From NCBI GenBank assembly GCA_041395665.1, contig JAWLAB010000003.1, forward strand, positions 312,173 through 376,172: DNA of 64,000 nucleotides, read 5' to 3'. Below, in pieces: positions 33,258 through 44,730 of the stretch. Source of the stretch: Pseudomonadales bacterium. GTDB lineage: Bacteria > Pseudomonadota > Gammaproteobacteria > Pseudomonadales > UBA7239. Both the position numbers and the translations under genes were made by a program. The stretch's first letter is position 1. Every line of letters starts with the position of its first letter. The notes under the pieces are model-generated. The model had not been told where the DNA came from. It ran no database searches and saw only the letters and a list, made by a program, of their open reading frames with translations.

Positions 33258-35161
33258 TCGGCTTCCGTTGGCAATTCAATTTCTTTGTCGAAGCCTGGAA
33301 TTTTTACTGCGCTCTGACTGATTGCAATTTCTTCACACGGCACAACATTGTGATCGAATAAGTAGATAGGTTTTGCTGCTCCGCGCACAGAATCTTGATC
33401 GTATTTGGCTGCGGTTACAGACACTTTTTCATTGGCTGCTTGCCAAGACTTCATTGCCGCAGCGCCGTGTTTTTTCTGCAACATTTTCTTAACGACATGC
33501 GGCGCAAAAACCGTCGCTGGTGCATTATTGCCACCAAAACCTTTGGCGTTAATCAGTGCCACATCCATGCCTTCGCTGCCCACATCTAAATCCGCTGGCG
33601 AAATATGCAAATGCGACGCGTGAACATCAGCGGCTGCTTTATCGATGGTTTTAATACCGGGGATTAAACCGTACTGCCACACACCCAGTGACGCAGTAAT
33701 TTGATCACCCGCGGCGCTACCAATGGAATGACCGAGAAACGCTTTCATGGCAGCAACGGGCCATTTTTTCATGCCAAACGCTTTGGCTGCTTCATTCAAA
33801 ATATGTGATTCCGTGACACGATTTTGCGGCGTACTAGAGCCGTGCGCTTGCACAAAACTGCGCTGTGCGACCGCTTCATCACCCAGCAGTGCGCGCGCCG
33901 AAGCCAGCGCTTTCGCCATCGTGATGTAGTTGCCGGCCCCTGGTGCAGAAATCGATTTTTTGTGACCGTCGGCATTCACAAACACATTGCCCACCGCTCC
34001 AAAAATTTGCGCGCCCATTTCTACCGCTAAAGCATCATCCATCAAAATAATAAATTGCGAAGATTCCGCCAAAGTGAAGCCACAATTCTCACCGAAAGGT
34101 CGACTGGCGCGACGATGATTCGCCACATCGCTGCCATCAATTTTTTTCAAACCGTCATCAGTGGCCAGCGCGCCCATTGCGTCGTAGCCATCAATAACTT
34201 CCGGCATGATCGGCGCTTCACTGGTGCCGACCATCACCACGCGGCGGCGACCGCTGCGAATATCGTCCACACCCATACGCAAGTTGTACAAGAAAGTGGC
34301 GCACGCCCCTGCTGCTGTGCCTGTGCTGCCGACCGAGCCCAAAATATAGGCGTTGACGAAATCAGCTGGCATTTCACAAAAGCCTAAAGCGCACTGTTTG
34401 GATGTCACGCGCTTGCCCATCAAACGCGACTGCATCATGCCGCCTGAGCCGCTGGTGTCGAGCTGGCTCATGGCACTGCCCGCGTACACTGCTACTTTGT
34501 CTGGCGATACGCGTTTCATCACCTCCGCCCACGAAATACCCATGCTGTTCACGGCATCAGAGGCAGCGTAAACCGTCATCTTCAAACCGCGCGGATGGTG
34601 GTGCGAGTTGTACAGCGCCCCCGGATCAAAGCCAGCCGGCAACATGCCAGCCGCCTGCACACCATAAGTGCGCTGGCTAGGCACCAGCACATCGCAACTG
34701 CCGGTGATTTCCACGCGCACTTGTTTGCCATCTTCCAGCGGCGTGACGCGCCAGTTGGCGGGCAGAGGCTCAGGCAATTGGCGCTCGGTAGTCAGAAAGC
34801 TGACGGGAGCATCCGATGAGGACAGCGTCATGCTTTTTTGCCACGGCGCTTCATCGACAGAAAAGAAAGAAGGTTCGATGCGGCGCACCAGCGAACCTGT
34901 CTGTACATCATCGGCAAAACGCGCCGCCAACTCTGCGGCGCTGTAATGGCTGCCCGCAGCATCGAGGTAGCTATCGGCACCGTAAGTGCTGTCGCTGTTG
35001 TGCGTGGCGAGGTTCATCAGCGTCGCCAAACCCACCACGGTTTCCTGCCGCGCTGTTTCCGGCAAGCTCTCTAACACCATGCGGCGATAGGCATGATGCG
35101 AGGACGCGCGCCCCGCTGCATTGATCCCACCGAAACCGACAATCACGGGCAACAAAGACAT
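33239..35161 (-). CDS. fabY: FabY-type beta-ketoacyl-ACP synthase (large KAS I/II-like condensing enzyme)
   Basis: ATG at 35161; 640 aa, against roughly 630 aa for P. aeruginosa FabY/PA5174 as I recall. Cys-His-His triad contexts GACATF, HGSSTPQN and GHSIGSAAG. Confidence 0.6.
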   Translation of the reverse strand: MSLLPVIVGFGGINAAGRASSHHAYRRMVLESLPETARQETVVGLATLMNLATHNSDSTYGADSYLDAAGSHYSAAELAARFADDVQTGSLVRRIEPSFFSVDEAPWQKSMTLSSSDAPVSFLTTERQLPEPLPANWRVTPLEDGKQVRVEITGSCDVLVPSQRTYGVQAAGMLPAGFDPGALYNSHHHPRGLKMTVYAASDAVNSMGISWAEVMKRVSPDKVAVYAGSAMSQLDTSGSGGMMQSRLMGKRVTSKQCALGFCEMPADFVNAYILGSVGSTGTAAGACATFLYNLRMGVDDIRSGRRRVVMVGTSEAPIMPEVIDGYDAMGALATDDGLKKIDGSDVANHRRASRPFGENCGFTLAESSQFIILMDDALAVEMGAQIFGAVGNVFVNADGHKKSISAPGAGNYITMAKALASARALLGDEAVAQRSFVQAHGSSTPQNRVTESHILNEAAKAFGMKKWPVAAMKAFLGHSIGSAAGDQITASLGVWQYGLIPGIKTIDKAAADVHASHLHISPADLDVGSEGMDVALINAKGFGGNNAPATVFAPHVVKKMLQKKHGAAAMKSWQAANEKVSVTAAKYDQDSVRGAAKPIYLFDHNVVPCEEIAISQSAVKIPGFDKEIELPTEADYPDMV

Positions 35162-35274
35162 GGCGGCATACCCACACAATTTGAAATGGCGGTTAGTCTA
35201 ATCTTGTTTCGCGGAAATCTAGCAGCCAAAATAGCCATCAGAGTAGTCATTCTAGCCATATTCGCAGCCACCCA

Positions 35275-36288
35275 ATGAAAGCCGCCTTTGTCCTTGTCGA
35301 ACACATGCTCGCCACCAGCATGGCGCTTCCTGCTGAGATGCTGCACGCCGCGGCGGATTTGGCGCGGGCGCGTCAACATCACGGCAAACCTGATATCGAA
35401 CTAAGTTTTGTCGCCACCCGCGCTGGGCTGTATACCAGCCGCAGCGGTGTGCCTTTGGTCGCCACGCACACGCTGGATGACACGCAGTACGACCTGATCT
35501 TCCTGCCCGCACTGTGGCGCAATCCGCAACCGATTATTCGCCGTCACGCTGCGCTGCTGCCGTGGCTGCAACAGCAACATCGTCAAGGCGCGTTGATTGG
35601 TGCAGCCGGTACCGGCGTATGTTTTCTCGCTGCCAGTGGTTTACTGGATCACCGCCCTGCAACAACGCATTGGTTTTATTTGGATGCGTTTACGCAACAC
35701 TACCCTGCGGTGGATTTGAAGCCGCAATATTTGATTACACGCGCGGGCAATTTGTACTGCGCCGCTTCCATCAACGCCTTGGCGGATCTCACCGTGCATT
35801 TCATTCGCCATTTTTACGGCAGCAATATCGCCGTGCATGTGGAACGACACTTTTCACACGAAGCGCGTAAATCTTATGAACAAGTGACTTATCGTGAAGA
35901 TGATACCGAGCGACACAACGACGAGGACATTATTCAGATACAACTGTGGCTGCATCAGCACCAAACACAAGCGGTGATACTGTCCGATGTCGCCAAACAA
36001 TTTGGCATGAGTTTGCGCAATTTTAATCGTCGGTTTTTAGCGGCAACAGGAAAAACACCGCTGCAATACTTGCAAGGATTACGCATTGAAGAAGGCCGCG
36101 ATTTGCTCAATAACAGCAACCTCAGCATCGCCGAAGTCGCCGAAAAAGTGGGCTATCAAGACAGCAAACATTTTGCACGCTTATTTCGCGACACTTTAGG
36201 CGTTACACCGCGCGACTATCGCCGCAGTGTGCGCAGTAAATTATTTTCTGTGGATCAAGCGCCAAGCAAAACGCTTTTAGCTGAATGA
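35275..36288 (+). CDS. GlxA-type AraC-family transcriptional regulator (DJ-1/PfpI-like N-domain plus AraC HTH)
   Basis: 337 aa. The C-terminal HTH region is typical of AraC (LSIAEVAEKVGYQDSKHFARLFRDTLGVTPRDYRR). Divergent from the fabY-like gene. Confidence 0.7.
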   Translation: MKAAFVLVEHMLATSMALPAEMLHAAADLARARQHHGKPDIELSFVATRAGLYTSRSGVPLVATHTLDDTQYDLIFLPALWRNPQPIIRRHAALLPWLQQQHRQGALIGAAGTGVCFLAASGLLDHRPATTHWFYLDAFTQHYPAVDLKPQYLITRAGNLYCAASINALADLTVHFIRHFYGSNIAVHVERHFSHEARKSYEQVTYREDDTERHNDEDIIQIQLWLHQHQTQAVILSDVAKQFGMSLRNFNRRFLAATGKTPLQYLQGLRIEEGRDLLNNSNLSIAEVAEKVGYQDSKHFARLFRDTLGVTPRDYRRSVRSKLFSVDQAPSKTLLAE

Positions 36289-37454
36289 ATCCCTCTAACA
36301 AAAAAGGTGTTAGGCAAATAACGCCACACCAAAACAAAAGCAGCCGCACAAATCAACGCCGAGGCAAAGAAAGGCCAAAAATACCCCCACTGCCAAACTG
36401 CACCACTCAATAACGCACCTAAAGAATTGCCAGCTCCATAACCCACCGCGCTGTAAAACGCCTGCGCCTTGCCCGATTGCTGAATAGCAAACAGCCTACG
36501 CACGGTTTCAATCGCACCCGCATGAAAACCGGCAAAACTCAATGCATGCAAACACTGCGCAAACAGCATCACAGGCAATGATTGTGGGAAGTACGCCAGC
36601 AACAACCAACGCACCGTTGTAGCAGCCAAACAAAACAACAGCAGACTTCTCACACCATAAAATGGCAGCAAGCGATGCATGTACCAAAATAAAATCATTT
36701 CGGCGATGACACCCAAGCTCCACAACAAGCCAATCACGGTATGACTGTGTTGATACTGTTCCATCAACAAACTAAAAAAGGTGTAGTACGCACCGTGTGA
36801 CAACACCATCAAAAAGCAAACAAAGAAAAATAGAGCGATGGATGGCTCTTTCAATCGCTGCCAAAAAGACACATCGCTGGTTAATGCTGCTGACTGTGCA
36901 TCAAACTCCTCAGGATCGCGCACCGCACAACTGCTCAAAAAAATAGCTAACAGCGCCAGCGTGACAAATACCGGGAAAAAAGAAATCGGTAGGCGATCAA
37001 ACAACCAGCCTGCACTTGCCACGGCGACAATAAAACCGAAAGACCCCCACAGCCGCACACGGCTGTATCGTTCTGGCGTTTTGCGCAAATACAGCAGCGT
37101 GACTGCTTCAAACTGTGCCAAAACCGCGTTCCAAAAAAAACTGTAGAGAAAAATAATGATCGCAAGCACCCAGAGGCTTTGGTGATAACGCACTAAAAAT
37201 AAAAACGGCAACACAGCCATCAAACAGCCGAGGCGAATCACCGCCATGCGCCGACCGCTGTGATCGGCCAGCCAACCCCAAATATTGGGCGCGATAATTT
37301 TTGTACCCGCCATAACCGCAATCAAAAAACCGATATGCCAAGCACTCAGACCGAGACTTTTCAGATACAGCGGGAAATAAGGCACCATGGTGCCCAACAC
37401 AGAAAAATAAAAAAAATAAAAACCGGACAGCCGCCAGTAAACGCTGACCTGCAC
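36255..37454 (-). CDS. MFS transporter (PPP/HcaT-like family)
   Basis: 399 aa, about 12 TM segments. N-terminus YWRLSGFYFFYFSVLGTMVPYFPLYLKSLG. An aroC-adjacent MFS gene is also seen in pseudomonads. Confidence 0.65.
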   Translation of the reverse strand: MQVSVYWRLSGFYFFYFSVLGTMVPYFPLYLKSLGLSAWHIGFLIAVMAGTKIIAPNIWGWLADHSGRRMAVIRLGCLMAVLPFLFLVRYHQSLWVLAIIIFLYSFFWNAVLAQFEAVTLLYLRKTPERYSRVRLWGSFGFIVAVASAGWLFDRLPISFFPVFVTLALLAIFLSSCAVRDPEEFDAQSAALTSDVSFWQRLKEPSIALFFFVCFLMVLSHGAYYTFFSLLMEQYQHSHTVIGLLWSLGVIAEMILFWYMHRLLPFYGVRSLLLFCLAATTVRWLLLAYFPQSLPVMLFAQCLHALSFAGFHAGAIETVRRLFAIQQSGKAQAFYSAVGYGAGNSLGALLSGAVWQWGYFWPFFASALICAAAFVLVWRYLPNTFFVRGIHSAKSVLLGA

Positions 37455-37458
37455 GCAA

Positions 37459-38562
37459 TTATTCCGGTGCGCGCGCAGGAATTACCGGCGTAGGCATCAC
37501 CACATCAAAATTTTGCGCACGATGACGCAGTGCATGATCCATCAACACCAGCGCGAGCATGGCTTCAGCAATCGGTGTGGCGCGAATACCTACACAAGGG
37601 TCGTGTCGCCCTTTGGTGATCACTTCCACCGGATTGCCCTGCACATCAACGCTGCGGCCGGGCAGATGCAAACTGGAAGTCGGCTTGAGCGCGATATGCA
37701 CACGAATATCTTGCCCCGTGGAAATACCGCCGAGTATGCCGCCCGCGTGGTTTGATAAAAAACCTTGCGGCGTGATTTCATCGCGATGTTCACTGCCGCG
37801 CTGCGCAATCGACGCAAAACCTGCGCCCACTTCCACACCTTTTACTGCATTAATACTCATCATCGCGTGCGCAATATCGGCATCCAGTCGATCAAAAATA
37901 GGCTCACCCCAACCCGGCGGCAAACCTTCTGCCACCACAGAAATTTTTGCACCGATGGAATCGCCATCCTTGATCAACTGCTGCATATAAGTTTCTAAGG
38001 CAGGCACTTTTTCCGCATCAGGACAGAAAAAAGCGTTCTGCTCCACCACATCCCAGTTTTTGAAATCGACAGCAATCTCACCCAACTGACTGAGACAACC
38101 GCGCACGGTGACGCCGTATTTTTCCTGCAAATATTTTTTGGCAATCGCACCCGCTGCAACACGCATCGCCGTTTCGCGCGCCGATGAACGACCACCACCG
38201 CGATAATCGCGAAAACCGTATTTTTGGTTGTAGGTGTAATCGGCGTGACCCGGGCGAAACATATCTTTGATGTTGCCGTAATCTTTGGAGCGTTGATCCG
38301 TGTTTTCAATCAACAAACCAATCGGCGTACCGGTAGTTTTTCCTTCAAACACACCCGATAAAATTTTGACGCGATCTTCTTCTCTGCGCTGCGTGGTGTA
38401 ACGCGAAGTACCGGGTTTGCGACGATCGAGATCCAACTGCAAATCGTCTTCGCAGAGCGACATCCCCGGTGGGCAGCCATCGACAATACAACCCAAGGCA
38501 AGACCGTGGCTTTCGCCAAAAGTTGTCACCGTAAATAATTTGCCGAAACTATTGCCGGACAT
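37459..38562 (-). CDS. aroC: chorismate synthase
   Basis: 367 aa: [33 protein letters not shown]..., [15 protein letters not shown]. Confidence 0.95.
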   Translation of the reverse strand: MSGNSFGKLFTVTTFGESHGLALGCIVDGCPPGMSLCEDDLQLDLDRRKPGTSRYTTQRREEDRVKILSGVFEGKTTGTPIGLLIENTDQRSKDYGNIKDMFRPGHADYTYNQKYGFRDYRGGGRSSARETAMRVAAGAIAKKYLQEKYGVTVRGCLSQLGEIAVDFKNWDVVEQNAFFCPDAEKVPALETYMQQLIKDGDSIGAKISVVAEGLPPGWGEPIFDRLDADIAHAMMSINAVKGVEVGAGFASIAQRGSEHRDEITPQGFLSNHAGGILGGISTGQDIRVHIALKPTSSLHLPGRSVDVQGNPVEVITKGRHDPCVGIRATPIAEAMLALVLMDHALRHRAQNFDVVMPTPVIPARAPE

Positions 38563-38603
38563 GCGCTATTTCCTCTTTGAGCCGCACATTATACGGGAAG
38601 GGT

Positions 38604-39485
38604 TTATAGGCTTTCAGCGTGTTGGCGCAGTTCAGCAGCCGTCAGCATAAACACACCATCGCCACCGTTTTGAAAATCCAACCACACAAAAGGCACCATT
38701 GGAAAAGCGTTTTCCAGCGCCTCGGCACTGTTGCCCACTTCCACAATCAACACGCCGTCATCAGATAAATGCAATAACGCCTCGCGCAATAAACGCCGCG
38801 TGAAATCCAAACCGTCAAAGCCAGAAGCCAACGCCAATTCCGGCTCGTGGCGATATTCGTCCGGCAAATCCGCCATATCTTGCACATCGACATAGGGCGG
38901 ATTGCAGACGATCAAGTCATAGCGCCGCCCTGCTAAGCCCGCAAATAAATCTGAAGCAACGCATTGCACGCGATCCTGCACACCGTGCTGCGCGACATTG
39001 ATGGCAGCGACCGCCAGCGCATCAGCAGAAATATCCGCCGCATCCACCTGCGCTTCCGGAAAAGCCAAGGCGCAAGCAATCGCAATACATGCGCTGCCAC
39101 AACACAAATCCAAAATGCGCTGTGGCTCTTTTTGCAGCCAAGGATAAAAACCTTCATCGATCAACTCACCCAAGGGTGAGCGCGGAATCAACACACGGCG
39201 ATCGACATAAAACGGCAGACCGCAAAACCACGCCTGCTGCGTGAGATACGGCGTAGGAATGCGCTGCACGATGCGCTGTTCTCGCACGGCGCATAATTGT
39301 TCCAACTCCGAAGCAGACAGTACACGCTGCAATACATCGGGCGATGCATCAAACGCAATATTGAGCAGCGGCAGCGTCAGATGCAGCGCCTCATCCCAAC
39401 TGTTATCCGTGCCATGCCCTAAAAACACGCCCGACTGCTCAATCTGCTGCGCAGTTTCCTGTAACCAGTCTTGCAAATTCATCAA
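38604..39485 (-). CDS. prmB: 50S ribosomal protein L3 glutamine N5-methyltransferase PrmB
   Basis: 293 aa with the NPPY motif (CNPPYV) and SAM-binding DLCCGSACIAIA. Conserved prmB-aroC adjacency. Confidence 0.85.
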   Translation of the reverse strand: MMNLQDWLQETAQQIEQSGVFLGHGTDNSWDEALHLTLPLLNIAFDASPDVLQRVLSASELEQLCAVREQRIVQRIPTPYLTQQAWFCGLPFYVDRRVLIPRSPLGELIDEGFYPWLQKEPQRILDLCCGSACIAIACALAFPEAQVDAADISADALAVAAINVAQHGVQDRVQCVASDLFAGLAGRRYDLIVCNPPYVDVQDMADLPDEYRHEPELALASGFDGLDFTRRLLREALLHLSDDGVLIVEVGNSAEALENAFPMVPFVWLDFQNGGDGVFMLTAAELRQHAESL

Positions 39486-39628
39486 AGATTTCTCATGTAG
39501 TAATGCGCTAGTTTACCCGCAGAAAACCCTATTAATATCACCAGTATTGTCATTGCGCCTTGTTCGGACTTTACCCCAGCGCAGGCTTCGCTTACTGTGA
39601 CCGCCTGCAAAAATGACAGGAACAACTC

Positions 39629-40171
39629 ATGCAAGATGCCTTTGCCAAAATCATTGCCGACATCGGTGAAGACCTGCAACGCGATGGTCTGCGCGACACA
39701 CCAGAACGCGCTGCAAAAGCCTTTCAGTTTTTAACACGTGGCTATCATCAAAATTTGGATGAAGTGATCAACGGCGCGCTGTTTGAATCCGACTGCAATG
39801 AAATGGTTTTGGTGAAAGACATCGAACTGTATTCCATGTGCGAGCATCACTTACTGCCCTTCATCGGCAAGTGTCATGTCGCTTACATTCCTACCGGCAA
39901 AGTGTTGGGTTTATCCAAAGTCGCACGCATTGTTGATATGTACGCACGCCGCTTACAAATTCAAGAAGGTTTAACCAAACAAATTGCGAAAACCATTCAA
40001 GCGGTGACAAATGCAGCGGGCGTTGCTGTCGTGGTCGAAGCACGCCATATGTGCATGATGATGCGCGGTGTAGAAAAACAAAACTCGGTGATGAAAACTT
40101 CTGCGATGCTGGGCGTGTTTCAAAGCAATCCAGCGACGCGCTCTGAATTTTTAGCCTTGACTACCAATTAG
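39629..40171 (+). CDS. folE: GTP cyclohydrolase I (FolE, type 1)
   Basis: 180 aa with [22 protein letters not shown] and [11 protein letters not shown]. Confidence 0.9.
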   Translation: MQDAFAKIIADIGEDLQRDGLRDTPERAAKAFQFLTRGYHQNLDEVINGALFESDCNEMVLVKDIELYSMCEHHLLPFIGKCHVAYIPTGKVLGLSKVARIVDMYARRLQIQEGLTKQIAKTIQAVTNAAGVAVVVEARHMCMMMRGVEKQNSVMKTSAMLGVFQSNPATRSEFLALTTN

Positions 40172-41716
40172 TTTGCGTTCTTTTGAGCGTTGATCATCCA
40201 TACTTTTTCCGTTGTAGCGCAACCAGTGCATAGGACGAGGCCCCAGCAATTTAGGGAAAAAAGCGCTAGTCGGGCAATCGACATCCGTCGCGGTATACGG
40301 TAGTTGATTCCAATGCACATCGTAGTCTTTAAACTGCCTGTCATTATCCAATAGCAATAGTGAATAGTGACCGCTGAGTAATTGTTGCTTCACATCTTGC
40401 TGTAATTGCTCTGCGAACTGATGACTACTACCGTTCATCACATCAATTCCCCACGCTTCATGTGCGCAGCTTTTTTTATCTGCCAAAAAAGCCAGATAGG
40501 TATGCTTGGAGACGCAAACACGATCTCCCGGCGCTTGCTTCAACACTGCAACCACACTATCACCGCACGCGCGATCTGCTTCTGTTGGCAAAAAATAATT
40601 GGGATGAATCCAAGCTCTTGCCATATTCAAAGTTAACAAGACACTCATCAAGCCTAAAAAAGTATTTCTTACCCATGGGCTCTGCACACCACTCAGGCTT
40701 TTTACTACCAACCAAAAACCCGCCACCGATATCACGACAATGAGCTGATGAAAAGCCAGTAACACATTGATCCAACCACCAGAATACCAGCGTGACAACA
40801 AGCTCATCAGAAAAAAACCAGAAAACAACGACAACCAAGCACAACGCTGTCTAGCAGTTTTCTTGCCCATCAAAATAAAACTTGCACACAAACCAAGATA
40901 GATAGGCACACCCGTCAACATATCGCCATGCAAAAAATTCATGGGAACACCTTGAATAAACTTATGCGCTCTCGCCATCTCCATCGTATAAAAATAGAAC
41001 AGGCCCTTTGTTTGCCATTGCAACAAACATAATGCAGCCCCAATCAATATAGATAGCGTTAAACCAGCAAGAAAAGCTGTTCTAAAATCAGAAAATAGCC
41101 ACAGCGCAAGAAAGAAAAATGGCAGCATGGATAGCGTTGTCTGCTTGGTAAAGACAGCCAACAACAATAAAAGCACCATAAGATATAAGAAGATTTTTTT
41201 CTGCTGCTGAGAAAAAGTAATCAAGCAAGTTGATGCTCCCGTAAGCCAAAAAGCCCACAAACTATCTAACCGAGCAGCATCGTAATAACTACCGACTAAA
41301 GCGTAGAGTGCAGCCCAACAGCACACACTGAGTAATACAGACAAGCGAGATCGCGTCAGCAGCCATACCGCATAACCAACACAAGTCACCGTTCCCAGTG
41401 AAGCCAACAGTGACACCAAACGCAGAGCCGGCAGACCTTCTCCCATGACTTTTGTCGCCAATGCCGCCACATAAAAATACAGCGGCGCGTATAAAGGCGG
41501 TACATAATCCATGCTGGGGGTGGTGTATATCGGCAGTCCATCGACTACGCGCATCACCACTTGAAACATTGCGCCTTCCATCCACTCCAATTCGTAGGGA
41601 TAAGTCAGGCGAGAAAACATCACGAACAGACACAGCGCCAATAAATACAAACCAATCGCGAGCGGTGGGACATAAAACAACCACGCTTTACTGGTTTTCG
41701 TATTTACTTCTTTCAT
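40151..41716 (-). CDS. polytopic membrane protein, GT-C-fold glycosyltransferase-like (ArnT/PMT/GT87-like)
   Basis: ATG at 41716 overlaps the folC stop (ATGA). 521 aa with more than 10 TM segments. The first-loop pattern [11 protein letters not shown]...GLPIY...[13 protein letters not shown] resembles GT-C families. Function is inferred only. Confidence 0.45.
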   Translation of the reverse strand: MKEVNTKTSKAWLFYVPPLAIGLYLLALCLFVMFSRLTYPYELEWMEGAMFQVVMRVVDGLPIYTTPSMDYVPPLYAPLYFYVAALATKVMGEGLPALRLVSLLASLGTVTCVGYAVWLLTRSRLSVLLSVCCWAALYALVGSYYDAARLDSLWAFWLTGASTCLITFSQQQKKIFLYLMVLLLLLAVFTKQTTLSMLPFFFLALWLFSDFRTAFLAGLTLSILIGAALCLLQWQTKGLFYFYTMEMARAHKFIQGVPMNFLHGDMLTGVPIYLGLCASFILMGKKTARQRCAWLSLFSGFFLMSLLSRWYSGGWINVLLAFHQLIVVISVAGFWLVVKSLSGVQSPWVRNTFLGLMSVLLTLNMARAWIHPNYFLPTEADRACGDSVVAVLKQAPGDRVCVSKHTYLAFLADKKSCAHEAWGIDVMNGSSHQFAEQLQQDVKQQLLSGHYSLLLLDNDRQFKDYDVHWNQLPYTATDVDCPTSAFFPKLLGPRPMHWLRYNGKSMDDQRSKERKLIGSQG

Positions 41717-42984
41717 CTCAAATAGTCCATCACAGCTGCGACGGTAAAAAACGAACCGCACACCAACATTGGCATATCAGCCACTTGCTGCTCTGTACAA
41801 GTAATCGCTTTTTTCTCGTCATCAACGCAAATAATTTTTTCTGAATGAATGCCAGCAGCCAACGCCGCTTCTCGCAGCTGCAATAAAGAAGCAGCTCTAG
41901 CATTATCTTGCAAAGGAAATAACACGCACTGCGCTATAACCGGTTTTAACGCAGCAAGTACCGCTGCAATGTCTTTATCGGCCATCGCAGAAAAAATCAA
42001 ATTTACTGCTATTTCGTCTTCTTGCTGTAAGCGTTGCGCCAAGTACTGCGCGCCCGCTTCATTGTGCGCGACATCCAAAATCCACTGTCTGCCCTGCCAA
42101 GTAATTTTCTGCATACGACCCGCGAGGGAAATATTCGGCAGCGTTGCAGAAAACTTTTCTTCATCCCAATACTCTAGCCAAGCCAACACCTGCAAAGCGC
42201 AAGCCACACTCGGCAGTGGCAGCGACGGCGTTTTTGCATGCAGTGTTACTGCATTGTTTTGTGCATCAATACCCTGCCACCGAAAGTTTTCATCTTGCGC
42301 AACAAAACCAAAATCACTCTCTATTTTTTTAATATCAACTTGTAAATCATTGCAGATAGCTTGAATACTCGCTGGCATACCCACTTCGCCATACACCAGC
42401 TTGCCGTTGGCGCGCAAAATACCCGCTTTTTCTGCACCAATTTTTTCGCGGGTATCGCCCAACCAATCGACATGATCCAAAGCAATATTGGTGATCACGG
42501 CAATATCGGCATCCAACAGATTCACAGCATCTAAACGACCACCCAAACCCACTTCCAACACTTGCACATCCACGCGATATTTTTTGAATAGCCAAAATGC
42601 CGCCAGTGCGTTGAATTCAAAATAAGTGAGACTGATTTCAGCGCGTGCAGCGTCTATTGCAGCAAAAGCTTCGCACAAATCCGCATTTGACACTTCCGCG
42701 CCATCAATGCGAATGCGTTCGTTGTAGCGAAATAAATGCGGCGAGGTAAAACTGCCGACGCGCTTGCCTAAGCTATGCAACAAAGCAGTGAGTGTGGTGA
42801 CACATGAGCCTTTGCCGTTGGTGCCGCCCACCGTAATCGTGAACGGTTGTTGCGTGGGAAAGTTTTCGCCCAACAGCCGTGTAGCCACTTGGCGAATACG
42901 AGAAAGACCGAGGTCAATGGTGGATGGATGCAGCGTTTCCTGCCACTGCAACCATTCAGCGAGCGTAGTGAATCTCGCGCTCAC
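41713..42984 (-). CDS. folC: bifunctional folylpolyglutamate synthase / dihydrofolate synthase
   Basis: 423 aa. P-loop [10 protein letters not shown], Mur-ligase layout, canonical accD-folC order. Confidence 0.9.
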   Translation of the reverse strand: MSARFTTLAEWLQWQETLHPSTIDLGLSRIRQVATRLLGENFPTQQPFTITVGGTNGKGSCVTTLTALLHSLGKRVGSFTSPHLFRYNERIRIDGAEVSNADLCEAFAAIDAARAEISLTYFEFNALAAFWLFKKYRVDVQVLEVGLGGRLDAVNLLDADIAVITNIALDHVDWLGDTREKIGAEKAGILRANGKLVYGEVGMPASIQAICNDLQVDIKKIESDFGFVAQDENFRWQGIDAQNNAVTLHAKTPSLPLPSVACALQVLAWLEYWDEEKFSATLPNISLAGRMQKITWQGRQWILDVAHNEAGAQYLAQRLQQEDEIAVNLIFSAMADKDIAAVLAALKPVIAQCVLFPLQDNARAASLLQLREAALAAGIHSEKIICVDDEKKAITCTEQQVADMPMLVCGSFFTVAAVMDYLR

Positions 42985-43865
42985 GCGCTGGCACTGACCA
43001 CAGCAGGTTGATGCGTGAGGCGCGCGAGCAAACTGGATAACTTATCGCGCATGTCTTTGCGATGCACGATCATGTCGATGGCACCGTGATCCAACAAAAA
43101 TTCACTGCGCTGAAAGCCTTTTGGCAATTTTTGACGAATGGTTTGTTCGATGATGCCAGGACCGGCAAAACCTGCACGCGCACCAGGTTCCGCGATATTG
43201 AGATCACCTAACAGCGCAAGGCTCGCAGAAACACCACCGTAAACAGGGTCCGTCATCACCGAAATATACGGCACGCCTTGCTGCTTCATGCGTTCGATGA
43301 CTGCGCTGGTTTTCGCCATCTGCATCAGCGAAATTAACGCCTCTTGCATACGCGCGCCGCCCGTTGCGGAAAAACAAATGAAGGGGATTTTTTCGTTCAA
43401 CGCTAAAGTTGCAGCGCGGGTAAATTTTTCACCCACTGCATAGCCCATCGAGCCGCCGTGAAATGCAAATTCAAACGCAGCGACGACAACCGGCAAACCG
43501 TTCACTGTACCTTTGAAAGCAATCAACGCATCTTTTTCGCCGGTTTCTTTTTGTGCCGCACTCAAACGGTCTTTGTATTTTTTGACATCTTTGAATTTCA
43601 GACGATCAATCGGCTCCACTTCGGTTGCCAATTCTTCTCTGCCGTTTTCATCCAAAAACCAATCCAAACGCGTGCGCGCACCGATGCGCATGTGGTGATC
43701 GCATTTCGGACAAACATCCAAAGAGCGTTCCAATTCAGGGCGATACAACACTGCTTCGCACTTGGGGCATTTTTTCCACAGACCTTCAGGAATTGCGCTG
43801 CTGCTACCTTGTGCGCGTTTCTCAGATCGAACAACGGTCGGAACCAATTTCTCAAGCCAACTCAT
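42981..43865 (-). CDS. accD: acetyl-CoA carboxylase carboxyltransferase beta subunit
   Basis: 294 aa with an N-terminal Cys4 zinc ribbon (CPKCEAVLY...CPKCDHHMR) and the carboxyltransferase domain. Confidence 0.95.
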   Translation of the reverse strand: MSWLEKLVPTVVRSEKRAQGSSSAIPEGLWKKCPKCEAVLYRPELERSLDVCPKCDHHMRIGARTRLDWFLDENGREELATEVEPIDRLKFKDVKKYKDRLSAAQKETGEKDALIAFKGTVNGLPVVVAAFEFAFHGGSMGYAVGEKFTRAATLALNEKIPFICFSATGGARMQEALISLMQMAKTSAVIERMKQQGVPYISVMTDPVYGGVSASLALLGDLNIAEPGARAGFAGPGIIEQTIRQKLPKGFQRSEFLLDHGAIDMIVHRKDMRDKLSSLLARLTHQPAVVSASA

Positions 43866-43916
43866 GAACGCTCTCCTTGGTTACTTTATTGCTTAGTTCT
43901 TTACTAAAAATATTTC

Positions 43917-44705
43917 TTAGATTGCACGACGAATATCAGCAATGATACTGGCAACCGCAGCGACAGATTTTTCACCTGTTTCTGCCATCGCATTCACCAA
44001 CACACTGCCGACAACCACACCATCGGTCGCTTCGGAAATTGCGCGCGCAGAAGCCGCATCTTTAATACCAAAACCCACACACAGCGGCAGCGAGGTATAA
44101 CCGCGAAACTGCGTCAATTTTGCACGCACTTCATCAGTATCTAAATTGCCTGCACCGGTTACGCCTTTCAGCGACACATAGTACAAATAGCCCGTTGCCA
44201 GTTCGCAAATATGTTTTGCACGCGCATCTGTTGTAGTGGGTGCGAGCAGAAAAATATTGTCGATACCGACGCGTTTTAATTCTGCATTCAAATCGTGCGC
44301 TTCTTCCGGTGGAATATCGACAGTCAACAAACCGTCCACGCCGGCAGCACTCGCCGCATCCGCAAACGCGGCATAACCCATGCGCTCAATCGGATTGGCA
44401 TAGCCCATCAACACAATCGGTGTTTTGTCATCGGTTTTGCGAAAATCTTTTACTAAATCCAAGACTTGATGCAGTGACATCCCGCTCGCCAGCGCGCGCT
44501 CGTGACCTTTTTGAATCACCGGACCTTCTGCCATTGGATCAGAAAATGGCACGCCGATTTCCAAAATATCTGCACCCTCTTTCACCATCGCGTGCAGCGT
44601 GGCGAGCGTGGTTGCGGCATTCGGGTCACCTGCAACGATATAAGGAATCAACGCTTTGCGTTGAGCAGTTTTCAGTTGTTGCATACATGACGCAATTCGA
44701 TTCAC
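43917..44705 (-). CDS. trpA: tryptophan synthase alpha chain
   Basis: ALIPYIVAGDP and EIGVPFSDPMAEGPVIQ motifs. Start placed at GTG 44705 by length analogy to E. coli TrpA. Start is uncertain (alternatives 44720 and 44684). Confidence 0.85.
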   Translation of the reverse strand: MNRIASCMQQLKTAQRKALIPYIVAGDPNAATTLATLHAMVKEGADILEIGVPFSDPMAEGPVIQKGHERALASGMSLHQVLDLVKDFRKTDDKTPIVLMGYANPIERMGYAAFADAASAAGVDGLLTVDIPPEEAHDLNAELKRVGIDNIFLLAPTTTDARAKHICELATGYLYYVSLKGVTGAGNLDTDEVRAKLTQFRGYTSLPLCVGFGIKDAASARAISEATDGVVVGSVLVNAMAETGEKSVAAVASIIADIRRAI

Positions 44706-44730
44706 AACAGCACGACTCACAACTGCGCCC

